Shown piece by piece: positions 13,825 through 28,575 of a stretch of DNA of 64,000 nt. The stretch's first letter is position 1; each line of letters starts with the position of its first letter. The position numbers and the translations under genes are program-made. The notes below the pieces were generated by a model that had not been told where the DNA came from, did not search any database, and saw only the letters and a list, made by a program, of their open reading frames with translations. Source of the DNA: Octopus vulgaris (lineage: Eukaryota); the NCBI GenBank assembly GCA_951406725.2, contig OX597837.1:930001-994000 (forward strand), read 5' to 3'.

Positions 13825-14339
13825 CACATCACGGTGTCCTGTACTGTTTTGTTTACCAAATATCCTCTACAAAGAATTGGACAGCCAGGACCAGGGTAGA
13901 AGAGATTTGCCTAAGGTTGTTCATACTGACACTCCACCCACAACATGGCAACGAGAGAACCCTTTAACCGCACAGACATCACAGCATACCTATGTTTATA
14001 TTTGTGTGTATGTAAATGTATATGTGTGCACACGTCTTTATACGTGTATTTATATATGCATTTATAAATGCATATCCGTATATGTAAATAAATATACGTG
14101 TTTGTGTGTGTGTGGCCACATATATATTTTTCACATTTTCCCTGCTACTTCAGACAAAAAAAGAACTCAAAAAGAACTGAAAAAAAATGGCAGCAATAAT
14201 AAATACTTGTCCGTTGTTTCGTATTCACTGATGTGTAAAGAGGCGGGAAACACAATGAGGATAAAAGACGTTAAATAAAGCAACAGCAACACCACAGTAA
14301 CCCACTTCAAGTAAGACAATATATACACGCATTTGTGTA

Positions 14340-14401
<62 letters not shown>

Positions 14402-15535
14402 TATAACACACACACACACACACACATATATATAAAACATACTTAACAAGAAAGAAACGATCTTCAGATGTTACAAGGAACCGTGTCTTGAGGAACGGAG
14501 TATTTTGAGAGATTCAATATGGTGGCCATCACAATCTCTCATCTCATAATAAATCGTCTTTATGTGTTGTGTTGTGGTATATAGTTATTTTACTATTTGT
14601 CCGTTCGCTTCTTTGTTTGTTTATGCCTTTGTTGGTTGTTTTTCTTTTTAGTACCATTTTGTTTTCTTTTGTTGTTTTCCCTCCGTCCATTTCGAGTTCA
14701 CTCAACTTGTAATCATACTGCCACTCCAGTTTCTCATTGGTGGTGGTGGTGGTGGTGGTGGTGAAGTGCTGGTTGTGTGAGGGTGGATGGCGTGTGGGTT
14801 CCTGGATGAAAGAAATATGCGGGCACTTAATACAAAATACGGAAATACGTTATACATGGAGGCTCCAGACTTCACATTCATGTAGAGATATGGACAGACG
14901 CCCGCACGAATGTATCACTGATACACGTACTAACGTGTGTGTGTGTGTGTGTGTGCCGGTCTGCCGTATATATATATATATATATACAGACACGCACACA
15001 CACACATATATATATACATATATACACATATACACACATATGTATACACATATTAGGCATACAGGCTCACGTACTACGTATGTCATACACACACACACAC
15101 CCAGAGCAATCTCCGTGTATGCACGCACACACACACACACACACACATATATGCGAGTGTGTGAGCATCTATAACATATAACTATATGTTTATATGTAGA
15201 TACATACAAATATATATATACACAATTTTATATATATATACATATACATGTACATATGCGTATAGTTACGTATACAATACATACACATGAACGTGTAAAT
15301 ATGTGTATATGTATGACGTGCACTCATTGGTAACCCTAAAATCTTACATTATGTTGGAAAACCTCAATTAAATGATTATCTCTGCAATTAGAGCACAAAT
15401 GCTCCCAGTGGAGTTCTTGAAAATGCAATAACGGAAAGCAAGGAAAGGACAGAAACAAAAACATCAAGTAATCCAGTATTTTAGGAAATTCCTGGCAATG
15501 TGATAAGATGTGGACATTGTGTGTGTGTGTGTGTG

Positions 15536-15602
<67 letters not shown>

Positions 15603-16048
15603 GTGTGTGTGTGCGTGTGTGTATGGCTAAACAGATGGTTTGATGTAGGAGACGTGATGTATGAATGAATGGTTGCGTGTGTTGCGTTTAAGGATGTTAC
15701 ACGGATACGTGGGAAATGTACATTAGTTGGCCCAAGAGCCATGAAAAATGAGCATACGCTCAGGTTCTTACCATATGCGCGCACACACACAGACAGGGAA
15801 TATCTCCCACTCTCTCCCTCTCTCTCTCTCCCTCTCTCTATCTCTCCCCCTCTCTCTCTCTATCACAGCACATGTATAGAAAACTGATCACAAACTTACA
15901 AACACAGGAATTAACAAAACGTATTTTCAGATTTAAGCGCGAAATACATATGTATATAAACATATGTATAGATTTAAGTGTATGTGTGTTTGTGTGTGTA
16001 TAAATATCTACCTATGAATGTCTGTGTGTGTACGTGTGCGGTTGAATG

Positions 16049-16088
<40 letters not shown>

Positions 16089-16904
16089 CAATTATGAGTT
16101 TGCATGTGGCTGTACATGTATGTAGACTGCTGTATATGTATGGACGGCGACGTAGGTGCACGTACACTCGCCTACTAGAGGGCGCAGCGAGCAAAGCTGC
16201 TCAAATCGAGGCTCATTCTCCTTCACTCTCTGACGAAATTACAGTCTTGAGTCAGCTTCGTTTCCTCGGGTTCTTGTTGAGGTTTCAGTGAAGAGCCACT
16301 TGAAGGCTTCCAAGTCCACACAGACTGGAAAACATGATTAAGATGCCAGCTGCTGGATTACGTTGAGAAATAATTCTAGTCTTAATGTCTTATTGGTTTG
16401 TTTCGTGCAGATTGCTTATTGGTGATGATGATGATGATGATGATGATATTGCTGTTGTAGTAATTATTGTTATTCTTCAATTTATCTTTTTGTGTTTAAG
16501 AGGAAGCTGGTTTTCGTTGGTCTTATTGTATACACGTTGTCATACGATATAATGCAATATGCATCAGTATATGCCTGTGAATCAATATATATAACAAAAT
16601 GGAATGAACAGACTTTAATCACAAATCGCAACAATTGTTACTGTGCATTCGTAACAGCTTTAAGTTGCTCAATTTCCAGCTCATATTACTGAATACATAT
16701 TATATGAACAGCCGATAACAATATAGTACTTTGGAATGCACGTTATGAGGTTAGCATGCGGCGTTACATTTCTTAATCTGACTCAGAGTTGGGATTTCAA
16801 ATGGCAACTCAAACTCTCACCCTCAAGAATTTTGATAGATACATTGGTTAGTGTCATTCGTAATTATCTAGACCCAAACCTAACCATTAGTATTATCTAT
16901 AGAT

Positions 16905-18550
16905 ACTGAACTGCCAGAATTGTTTAGACATGAAGTATTTAAGTGCGGGCCTCCTGAGTTCAAATCAGGATGATGTCAACTTTGCAGTTCAAACATAGTG
17001 AAGCTGATAGAATAAAATATAACACCATTTAAATACTAGGTGCAGATATCATCCATTGTTCTTGTCTCTACAGATTCCTTTACAAAATGACCAAGTGACT
17101 CTCCTGATAATAATAAAAAATGCTTTAAGTTTTTGTACACGGTCAAAAATTTAAGAGTGGGAGAGAGTCGATTCAATCGACCTCAGTGCTCAGTATTTAA
17201 TCAACATCGAAAAGATGAAAGGCACAGTCAGCCGTGGCAAAATTTGAACTCGGAACGTAAAGAGCAGAAGAACTGTTGTTAAGCATACTCCACGCTGCGG
17301 TGCGATTCTGCAATCTTGTCACCTTCGATATAATGTTTGTAACACACGCTCAAGGAAAAGAATCTGTTGAGATGAGAGCAGTGGATGATATCAACCCTCA
17401 GTATTTAACTGGTATTTTTTATCAACAAAGTTGACATCATCCGGGTTTGAACTCAGGAGGCCTCTAAGTGCTTCGTTGTTCAAACGATTGTGCCACTTCA
17501 CTATCCATATATAAAGATTGTTTACGATGACCTGTTCCGCTTGAGCCGACCAACAGAAGAGTCTGCTAGGGAAATTAACATGCAAGTGGCTGAGTGCTCC
17601 TCAGACTATCGTAATCTTAACGTAGTACTTTATGGAGATTCAGTGCGACAGACAGTGGAACAAGACTGGCCCTTTGAATTACAGATACAACTAACTTTTG
17701 CCAGCTGAGTGGTTTGGAGCAACGTAAAATAAAGTGTCTTGTACTCCCTGGAATCGAACTCACACCTTACGGTCGCAAGGTCCTAATATCCCTAACCACT
17801 ACGCCATAGATATTGGTAATATTAATGAGGGCTACGTTTGGGACTAAATTATTAAAGTCCTAATAAATAGGATACTTTCCAATTCTGGCACAAGCAATTT
17901 TAGGGGCAGGGGTTAGCCGATTACATCGATCCCAAATCTTGAGTAGTACTTCCTTTTTTCGACCCCGAATGAATGCAAGGCAATAAACCACCTCTGTGGC
18001 ATTTGAAATCAGAACGTAAGAACCTGACAGAAATGCCATCAAGCATTTTGTTTGACGCACTATCGATCCGGCCTTAAATATAATAATGATGGTACAAATA
18101 TTAACACTAACAATATTAACAATAGTGAAGGTAATAATAAAATAATGGTTGCAAATTTTGGTACAAGGTCCGCAGTTTTGGGTGGTGGTGGTGGTGGGGG
18201 GGGGGGGGTTAAGTCGAATTAAATTGACCCCAGTAGTCAACTGGAATTTGAACTCAGAACGTAAAGCATTTAGCCCGGCGTGCTAACGAATTTGCCAACT
18301 CGCCGCCTTCATAATAATAATAATAATCTTTTCTGTTCAAGGCACAAAGCCCGAAATTTTTTGGGAGGGTACCAGTCGATTAGATCGACCCCACTACGCA
18401 GCCGGTACTTAATCCGAAAGGATTACTGGTATTCTGCTTGACTCTTGAAAGATGAAAAAGCAAAGGTAAATTTAGTGAGATTTGAACTCACAACGTAAAG
18501 AGTCAGAATAAATAGTGTAAGACGGTTTACTCAGATGTGCAATACTCTTC
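16905..18550. mobile_element. SINE cluster: one decayed plus-strand family B copy, about five minus-strand family B copies and one minus-strand family C copy (17505-17806)
   Basis: Repeated tttgaactc(a/g)gaacgtaaag, tcgacc(c/t)cagt and gcacaa(g/a)g motifs. The family C head reads tggcgtagtggttaggg..gagttcgattcc on the minus strand. Confidence 0.75.
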
Positions 18551-19893
18551 TAATCCTGATAATAATGTGGACGGCTCTGATAATGCTTTTCTGGATGATG
18601 ATGGTGAGGATGATGAGGAATGGTGAGGATGCTGTCGGTGTTGATGGAGATGAGGATTGCGGTGGTGGTTTGTTGCATTGGCACAAGTCCAGAAAATTCT
18701 AAATAAGGTGAAGTTCGCTGTGACTGGTACATATTTGATCGGCCTTGGGGAGATCGATAACAACAAAGGACAATATCAATGATGTGATCAACAGCAACAA
18801 CAACAAGAAGAAAAGATAAGACAGAAGACAGATAACGGGATGAAACGAAACAGAATCGTTGCAAGAAAATAAAAATAATAAACGCAAACAATTTAAACAA
18901 AAACACAAAAAGACGAATAACTACAGAAACAAAACGATAACCAATATAAACAAGAACAGTATAAAGGAAATGGATGTCCAGTAGGTCTAAAAATTGACCA
19001 CAAATTATCAAACTAATCGCATGCTAAATCGCACTACACCAACACAACGCACCGCACGCTATACAACAGCATAGGACACATCATAGTACGTTTTTACATT
19101 CGCCATATCAATACATATCTTTCTTAACATCGAAATCTACCTACGTGTTCACACGCGATACTACCGGAAGCACTTGACATAGAGAGGGAAAAGAGAAAAA
19201 GAAAATATCCGCCATCTTGATTTCCTTTGAGATGTTGTAATACCGATTGTTGGAGTGGTATATTATTCAATATCTCACACCGTATTTTATTATTTATCGT
19301 ATTTTTAAGGTATTCTTGTTATATTTTTCCCATTTAGTATTCTCTTTACATTATTATTATTACTACTATTGTTATTATTATTATTAGCATTATTATTATT
19401 ATTATTCTATCGTAATATCGTTAGCGGTCTAGATGTTAAGCGAGAGAAGTTTATCATGTGAAATAGATGTTAGGAGGTGGAAGAGAAAAAAAAATTTTGT
19501 GTCTTATGTGTGTGCGGGGGGAGGGGTTATTTAGCTAGGTGTATATGCTTGTGTATTATATGTGTATGATGATGTGAGATAATGTGTATGACAGTATGCG
19601 TGTTGTGGTGTCCGCTTTTAAAGGTGTATATACCTGTATTATAGTACTATATATCTATAAAAGTATAAATACAATTCTTTCATTTGTACATATGTATATA
19701 TATTTATGTGTGTGTCTGTGTATATTTACGTACATAATTTAAATGCATAAGCCTATGTATTCATGTATATATATGTGAGTATGTATGCATAAATATATAC
19801 ATCTATATGAATGCGCGTGTGTATCTATATGCTGATAGTTTTGTATATGCAAAAATATTTCTGTTAGCATATACATACCTTATGTATGTGTGC

Positions 19894-19934
<41 letters not shown>

Positions 19935-20760
19935 TGAATTTTTTCCTTGTAAGTTTGGATATTATTCCCTCAAATAATAAATAAATATATATATATATAT
20001 ACGCATACATGGATATATCCATATATGTAGACCCACATTTAGCATATGTACACACACATATATACGCGCTCGTGTGTAAAATTCATTGTTTTAACATACA
20101 TACACGCACACATACTGTCTTAGTATACAAGTTTAAACCGTGCCGTATAATATTTAAGTTATGAATTCCCTGGACAGATAGCCACATATTTCAGTGTGAT
20201 ATCAAGTGTGTAGTTGTAGGCCAGCGTATTTCATGAAGTGTTGCTAATATATCAGGTGTCTCTCGTATATAAAACAAATATAATTGGTAAATAAAGTCAC
20301 AGAGGGGAGACAACTTGTACATTCATACTTTGGCCCATGACCTGGAAACGCCATCGCTGATAATGCTTACCCCTCTACTGCCAGTGCTATGATGTGCATC
20401 CCCCCTTTTTAGTAGTAGTAGTAGTGGCTAAGGTTTCTGGTCATCAAGTTTTAAAGAGAAAGATATTGTACAATTTTTTCCTGGGGCGAGCGAACGATAT
20501 GTTCGTCTGGACAATGGACTACTCTCACTGTGGACAGTTCTTTGTCTTCGTTTTTCTCGCCCTCCCCCCCTCTCTGGTCTCACACATATATGCATGTGTG
20601 TCTATATGCATATAAACACGCACACATGTCTATACGTGTTAACCATATATACACCGGATATTTCTCCCTCTTTGTCTTCATACACACATACAGATGGAGA
20701 AAGGAGTGTAACTGTGTGCAAATGTGTATATGTAAATCTATGTATATGTATGTGTTTTGA

Positions 20761-20798
<38 letters not shown>

Positions 20799-21326
20799 AA
20801 CACATACAGATGCACGTATTTGTGTTTGTAGGTGTGATGAGAGTAAAGTAAATAAGAGAGATGAACATTTGTGAATATGTGTACATACGTGTGTGTGTAA
20901 CGTATTTACATACACAAACGATCACTCAGACGCACACACGTGCACAAATGCGAAATACGCACATAGGTTCGCAGATGCTGGTAAAATCTGTCGTCCTGTG
21001 TGACCTATATCTACTTGTCGTGTAAGTTCAACTAGGAACTGACAGCTGGTTGTTTCATTGTCTCTTCTAGAGAGATTCTTGCGATGAACAGAAATGGTTA
21101 GCATCGAGAATATCTTATGTGCTACTTGAAACATTCCTTTCAACACAATCGTTTATTCACTGGCGCTCTTCCTCTTTCACAACCTGTACATTTTCGTTGT
21201 GTTCCTGGAGATTTTCAAGCGATGTCTGCCTTGCATATCTTTTGTAGATACATACGTATCTATACGTGTGACTGTAAACACAATGGCAAGCAGATGTGTA
21301 TGGAAACATGCACGCGCGCGCGCATT

Positions 21327-21360
<34 letters not shown>

Positions 21361-21802
21361 GTTCATTCACACACACACATGAGCAATATATACGCTATAC
21401 ACATACACACCTTTCAGGCGCCTCCCTGGTGGTTTTCAGCTTTTCAGCTACGTCTCATATCGCACAAACCAACACCATTACCAGGCTAAAATCTTTTCTT
21501 CACATCATGAAGAAATCTAAGGACAGCATTGAAAGACTTTCTCTCTTCTTATTGTCTCTTTTCTATTTTCCATGTTTCCCATCGTTTTTAGCAGCATCAT
21601 ATATTGGCTGTGACCCACTAATGCCAATAATGGTAAATGATAAAGAACCTTCATTATATTCCTTGGTGACAATAGCATTTCTATTCTCTGGTGTTCGGTC
21701 GGAACCATGAAGTGACCTACTTTGACGTCGATATTCAGTACGTGCAACCCCACTCTCATGTTATTTTCTGTTCATTTGGTGCCCGAGAAAATGTTGCTGC
21801 TG

Positions 21803-21861
<59 letters not shown>

Positions 21862-22082
21862 GCTGCTGCTGCATCAACTACAAGAAAATTGACTATTTTC
21901 ATTTATCGATTGATTTTGAATAGGTTTTAATTAAGACTGAATTATATTTTATTAATGGCAGAGGATTCAGTTAAACCTTCCAGTTTCAAAATAAGATTAC
22001 TTCTGTGTCACAATATACAGTGTGTGTATGTGTGTGTCTCTCTCTCTCTCTACACACACATATGTGTGCGCACACGTGTATG

Positions 22083-24028
22083 CAGGGTGCGTCAGTTATT
22101 TGGGAACAAAATTTTGATTTTGTGGAGATGTTTTTTTTTTTGTAGAGAAAAGACAATATTTAGTATATATAGATCACAGTGTATGTGTGTATAACGCATA
22201 CATTTCCACAATTCTCAATCGATTTTCACCAAACTTTACACACACATTACTTATGCCCCCAGGATGGTCATGCAGTATAACATTTTGCCCAAAGCTCCCA
22301 CGTAAATGGATGTAAATGGACATATTTTTTTTATGCAGGGGCTTCCATACGTTTTTAATCTTTTTATAAAAGTGAAACGATTTTTTCGATTTCGACTGTC
22401 CACCTGCGACGCTTATTTAATTGACTATGAACACTACGTGATGAATATCCAATACCAAGGGGAAGACAGAATAAAAGGGCTTTTGTTAGCTTATCTGTCC
22501 GAAAATATAGCTCCCTTTGCTGTTGAAAAAAATAAACTCGCAGAGGGGAAGTTTCAACGTCTTCTTTCAATTTCATTACTCCATTTATGTGGCTGTTTCT
22601 GACACGAAATTTCGCTTTCAAGTATTTTGTAGTCATTATTTGTAATCTATTCTCAAAACACTTCAGTAGCTCTATTTTGCATTGCTTGCAAAATTTATTT
22701 GTTCTATGGTCATTAAAATGCAGTGACCACCACAATAACCAGCCTTCAATTTGATTTTCTGTCCCTAGGTTAATCGGAAACAGATTGCCGTGCTACCTTT
22801 TCGGTAGTTCAATTATTTGGTGAAAAAATACCGCCAAAACAACTTAAATCGTTCAAAGGACGGGTGCGTTCTTTAGTATTTTTATAGAATTTGGTACACG
22901 TATTCTTGCATACATATCGCAAAAGAGTACTTAATATAAGCACTTTTGACCTCGATATGGCTTCTGAAACGACTAAACGCGTTGATCATGGGAACTTTAT
23001 TCCTGTTGGCCATAACGTTCCCCGGAGTAGACATTAATGAATCTTTGGTATTGTGAACATGCTTCATGGTCTCCCTCCAAACGACGCCCCACACTTAGTA
23101 GTCGAGGCATTTAAATCAGGAGAGCTAGCAGGCTAAATATTATGGATAGTATGATCATGAATAATTTCGGCCATCCGCTTCTTGTCTTGCAGACTTTATG
23201 AGTGGGAATACTCTTCCTGGAACTACGTAGGCTTTCCACCGAAGAACCGTCGGTCCAGAGCTTGGCAACTGTCCCCATTGGCTCGATGTAGGTTGTCGCT
23301 TTGACACTAAGACCCTGCGACTAAAAACGTGAAGAGTCACGACATAGCCCTCGTTGCTCACGATTCTCAAGATCATCATAGACGATGGGAACTTGGGGTG
23401 CATATCATCGATAACTTCAATAGGGCTGGCATAGAGCCATTTGCTTTTCCCCTGTCCACTTTCTGATATTGGACAAAGTTCAACTCGTTTAAGAAGAACC
23501 AGAACATATGAAATCATTTTGGGAACTTTCATTCGTTCAGAAAATGCTTCAGAATGGACTTCTCTGTTTCCTTTACATAAGATTTGTACATGATGTATTC
23601 GTGCACCACATGTCTAAGTGTTAGACTCCGACACGCGGACATAATTAGCAATTTATTTGCCGGGATCCATGTTGATGCTGCTCTGGACTTGTTGGCCTAA
23701 CTAGACTTTTCTGACAACGTCTGGTCGTCGTTTTTTGTTTTCCTTTTGGCCACAGAAGATATATTCCTTCTAAAGCTCAGTAGCTCTTTTCTGATTGTAA
23801 ACACGAAGGGCATGGCGACATTTAAGAAGATTGCACTCTCAGAATCACAATAGTTAGCAGCTAAGGCACACCTTTTCATCGTCTGCCTTAGATTCGAACT
23901 TTGAATGTCGGGGTTGAAAACAGAATAAAGTTTGTGTAACTTGTGGTTCTTAAAGATTTTATTCTCTGATATCTGACACGTGCGTGTGTGTAATCTCAAC
24001 GCAAATGTCGACATTTATTAAAACCTTG
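22083..24028 (-). mobile_element. Decayed maT/DD37D (Bmmar1-like) Tc1/mariner transposon, interrupted
   Basis: Minus-strand fragments MKRCALAAN..FLNVA..IRKEL..SVAKRK; WLYASP.EV..MHPKFPSSMMILRIVSNEG; PASSPDLN; WGVVWRETMKHVHNTKDSL..FSRFRSHIE. Diverged CAGGG/CAAGG-type ends; ~1.23 kb once the insert is removed. Confidence 0.75.
22160..22879. mobile_element. ~0.7-kb non-coding insertion in the maT element (Helitron-like or unknown)
   Basis: Separates the terminal ~75 bp from the transposase end and is flanked by tttagtat at both sides. cgattttcaccaaacttt and a TAG-t end recall non-autonomous Helitrons. Confidence 0.4.
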
Positions 24029-24062
24029 TAGATTGAATAGTGAGTGCTGTTGTTATTGTTAT

Positions 24063-24275
24063 TAAGGAGGCGAATCAATGGAAACGTTTGAGAGTCGGAA
24101 AAATTCTCAGTGATTTTTATTCCGGTTCTTTCCTTTATGAGTTCAAGTCTCGACGGGGTTAAACTTTGCTTATCTTCCCTGCGGAATCGATAATGTACCA
24201 GTCATGGACTAGGATAGCTGTAATTGTCTCGCTTCCTCTATTATTGCTGGCCTTGTCCCAAAATGTGAAGCAATT
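24063..24275 (+). mobile_element. SINE family B, degraded
   Basis: taaggaggcga..tgagttcaag..ctttgc..tcgataatgtaccag..gctggccttgtccca. Confidence 0.55.
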
Positions 24276-25428
24276 ATTATTATCATTAAAATTCTTAGTA
24301 TAAAGGCGTGATTTTATTTTCCTGTCTTCGCATCTCAGTTGGATGACTGCGTCGAAAATGGTGAGATTAGATGGGATATTCTAAAAATGCACCCGTTGGA
24401 AGGGATACTTGTTCATTGGCGACCAGGGTGGTCTTGGATTTGTGGTGTTCCTCGACTGGTTCTAACTGTATGCTGTCCTTTTTTATCAAGAGGACAATAT
24501 CCTTCAGATCTTCACATATCTGAATACCACGTGTACCTGTCCTCATTTCTTTCACTTTTTCCTTTTTTCTTCCTCCTCACTCAATTTAATTTACCCCCCC
24601 CCCCCCACCACTAAACTCATTGTAGCCTTAGTAATATCCTCTTCATCTTGTTCTACTGGTCATCGTGCGTTTGAAGTCTTCCCAGAATGACCGGCATCAG
24701 GTGTTATTTGGATCGGAACTTTTTTTCCATTTCCATTCTTCCGGTGTCCACTTCCTGTCTTGCCAAGTGACCGGAAGGTGCAAAAATATTGTCATTTTCC
24801 TGACAAACCGAATGTTCATCTGAAATGTAACAGAAAATACAATCACTCACTTTTGGAACCATTATTATGACCACTACCGCAACTACTGCCACTCGCACCA
24901 TTATCACAACTGCCATCGCTATAACTGCAGCCACCACTACAGCAATCACTACCACTTAAACCAGTGTCACAACAATACAACAGTTATCCTCTAGACTATC
25001 ACCACAACTAGTCACACACATACACTACTATTATAACACAACTACCTCCTAAACTGTAACTAAAGATCCACCACTAGCAAAACCATCAGCAAAACTACAG
25101 CCACGACAACTACCATAGCTAGACAGAAACAAAGTATAGCAGCTACTATCGCCCAAACAGTTACTACAGCCATAGCTAAAATCCCCTTCACGACGACGGC
25201 TGCTACCCTTCATAACTTAATACAACGACGCCATAAACTGCTACATGACCAACAGTGTTATCTTTAAGAGTTGTCGTCTGCCAAGATATTTGCAACTTCT
25301 GCCGATGGCTCTCTCCCTCCAGTCTGTTCGCTCTCTCTCTCTCTACAAAAACTGACATGTTTTTTTGACTGAAAAACATGACAACTGCCATCCAGAAACT
25401 TCATTGAGTTATTCGTTATCACACGATC

Positions 25429-25459
<31 letters not shown>

Positions 25460-25894
25460 GCACACACGCATTATCAGTAGAAGCATCATCATCACGTCCA
25501 TTATCGATGCTGCAGTCGTTGTCACTGCTATTTCAATCACCATCATCATCAATAATGATTTCTAACAGTGCGTCGTCGCCATCAGCAGTGATAGCATCGT
25601 CATCATCCCCCACCGCCGCCACCTGTACAATTTCTATGGTTGCCATCATCATTATCATTCTGAACATCGCTACCTCCAATACTGTTACTTCACCATCGCC
25701 ATCATCATCAATGATTTTCAACATCACCACCGGCACCACTACGATTTCCATCATACCTTCTCCACCTTCATTGTCCTCATCACCATCATCATCATGAATT
25801 ATTTCTAAGAATGCACCGAGGGCCAAAAGGTTCCAGGTTTCCGGCGAGGGACTAAAGGATCCAACTGAGGAAATCACGACTTCGTTCGTTCAAC

Positions 25895-27137
25895 AATATT
25901 TTACTTTCCATTCTCGGAAGGAAGACAAGCTAAGTTGAGCTCGGCGGAATTTGAACACGGAACGTACCGAGTAGGAAAAAATATCACAAGGTATTTTGAC
26001 GTTCTAACGAGTCTCTCAATTCAACATCCCTCAAGATAATGGTGGTTCCTTTTATTTTCAGGGGTACGTCGGATCTAAGGGGCATTTCAGGGATAAGACA
26101 ATTTTTATTTTTTGCAGAAGGGGTTCCATAAAATTTTATTAGAAGGGAAAGAAGTGGATAATGAGATCAGATATCTTAATAGTTTTCAAATTACGGGGTC
26201 ACACAGTCATGTGCTTCTTGATGAAAGAGTGACTCTAGCAAGGGCCAATCAAGGAACACGCTACAGATCCAAGTTGATCTTGGCCACCAAATGCTTGTGA
26301 CCTTTCCCAATTCAAAAACTATTAGGGGACGGAGTTAGTCATCATCATCGATCTCTGGGTGGAATGGTTCTTTATTTGACTGACCCATCCCCACCCCCGG
26401 GTGGTTTACAAGCGAAGTTGAGGTTCAGCAAGATTTGAATTCAGAAAACAAAGTGACGGAATAAATCATGCAACACATTTGTTCTGACGCTTTGTGGCTT
26501 CCATCAGTTCGCTGCAGTAATAATTCTTACTATAGGCACAAGGCCTGATGCTTTGTGGAGGTGGATGTCGATTCTATTGACCCCAATACTTGACTGCTGG
26601 AAACCAAAGCGGTGGAAATTGAACTCAGAACATATAAAGACGCCGCTAAGTATGTTGTCCAGCATGCTAACCATTCTGCCAGCTCACTGTCTTAATGATG
26701 AATTCAGATTTCAGCACAAGGCCAGCAATTTCTAGGGGAAGCGGGCAGTCGATTGCATCGACACTCACCCCAGGCTTGGCTACTGCTTTATTTTATTGAT
26801 ACTATATGGACAACGGAGGGATCAAAGGCACAATTGACCTTGGCGAGATTACAACACTGGACAAAGAAACGGAAGAAATACTGCTAAGCAGTTTGTTCGA
26901 CGCGCTACGATTGTCGAATAATAATAATAAAAATGATTTCAGATTTTTGTCACAAGGGCAGCGGATTAAGCCGATTACATCGACCTCAGTGCGTAACTGG
27001 TACTTAATTTATCAACCCCGAAAGGATGAAAGGCAAAGTCGGTCTCAGTGGAATTTGAACTCAGAACGTAACGGCGGACGAAATACCGCTAAGCATTTCG
27101 CCCGGCGTGCTAACGATTCTGCCAGCTCGCCGCCTTT
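25895..27137 (-). mobile_element. Array of about five family B SINE copies
   Basis: The best copy, 26935-27137, ends ttctgccagctcgccgcctt. Further tail motifs (gcacaaggcc) occur at ~26535 and ~26714, and head motifs at ~25945, 26430 and 26615. Confidence 0.75.
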
Positions 27138-28255
27138 ATAGTAATAATAATGTCTCACGTGCGTAGAAGGCCATATTCTCGTCTTGGGTGTATATGCAGC
27201 TAAGTCCTTGGCATCTGCATCATCATTATGACCATCATAACTATCAACATCACCTTTGCTATCGTCATCAATGTCGTCGTTAAGACGGTCGTCACATCCA
27301 ACACCAACCCCAATCATTATCATCATAACCAACATCATCATCATTGTAAGCATCATCATCATCATCATCATTATTGTTTGTTTTTCAAATAATATCAAAG
27401 TCTGTCTGTCTGCTGGTTCTCTAATAAATGGCGGATCCACTGATTTTATTTCTTTTTCCTTCTCCTTTTCCTCTCTTATCTTACTATTTTACGTTATTTT
27501 ATATATTATATTACCATTTTATGTATATATATATATATATTTTATTTTTGTATTCTATTTGTCTTTTATTACCGTTTTATTTCTGTTTTATTGAAGTTGT
27601 TTTTCAAGCATATTTCACATATGGCTGAATCAATTAGTGCCATGACAAAGCCTGAAAGAACACAGGAGACCGTGAACAACACAGATTGACAGATTCAAAC
27701 CGAACACACACACACACACACACGAACACTGTCATAAACACACGCTCCGTTAATCATAAACACAGCTATTTGCTCACATATACACACACGCAATTAAAAA
27801 AAGTTTAGAAATGAAGAATTAGGAGAAAGTTATTATTTTTTTTAATGTTTGCAGCGTTCCCTTTCGACTATTTTTAAATACCTCCTGCCTATTGTTCGAT
27901 ACGGATAAAGAGTGTACAGGGTCATACACACACACACAACAAAGAGAGAGAGAGAGAGAGAGAGCGGGAGAGAGAGAGAGAGACAGAGAGAGAGAAAGAG
28001 GCACAGTCACACAGTTACTTGGAGAGACGACGTTAAAATTTCAAAAGAAAAAAAAAACGCGAGCCTATAAAACACATTTGTATACGAGTGTTTTTATGTA
28101 TGTATGTGTGTGTGTGTGTGTATCTGTGTGTGTATACACGTATGCGTGTTACATGACATTGTTTATAATATATATAGCTTACAACTGTAATGGGATTTGT
28201 TTGAATATTTATGTAAATTTATAATGAGTTATAAATATACATACGTGACAATTAA

Positions 28256-28303
<48 letters not shown>

Positions 28304-28516
28304 TATATATCAATTAATATCGATATATCGATGAAATTACATAGATATATCGAATAAATAGAATTAGCAGATGTATAATAAAACAATATACATAAATTAA
28401 TGTATTTTATATGCATATGTATGTATTTCAAATATAACCACTTCATAAAAATGTGTGTGTAATGTGAATAGCGCTCATAAAAGAGCAAATATCTCTCTCT
28501 CTCTCTCTCTCTCTCC

Positions 28517-28575
<59 letters not shown>

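Noticed and set aside
21177-21198. tcacaacctg, a miR-67/307-like seed
   Set aside because: Only the first ~10 nt match and no precursor hairpin is evident.
21591-21631. Possible plus-strand exon after a strong pyrimidine tract
   Set aside because: Weak donor (gtaaat), no recognisable peptide and no partner exons.
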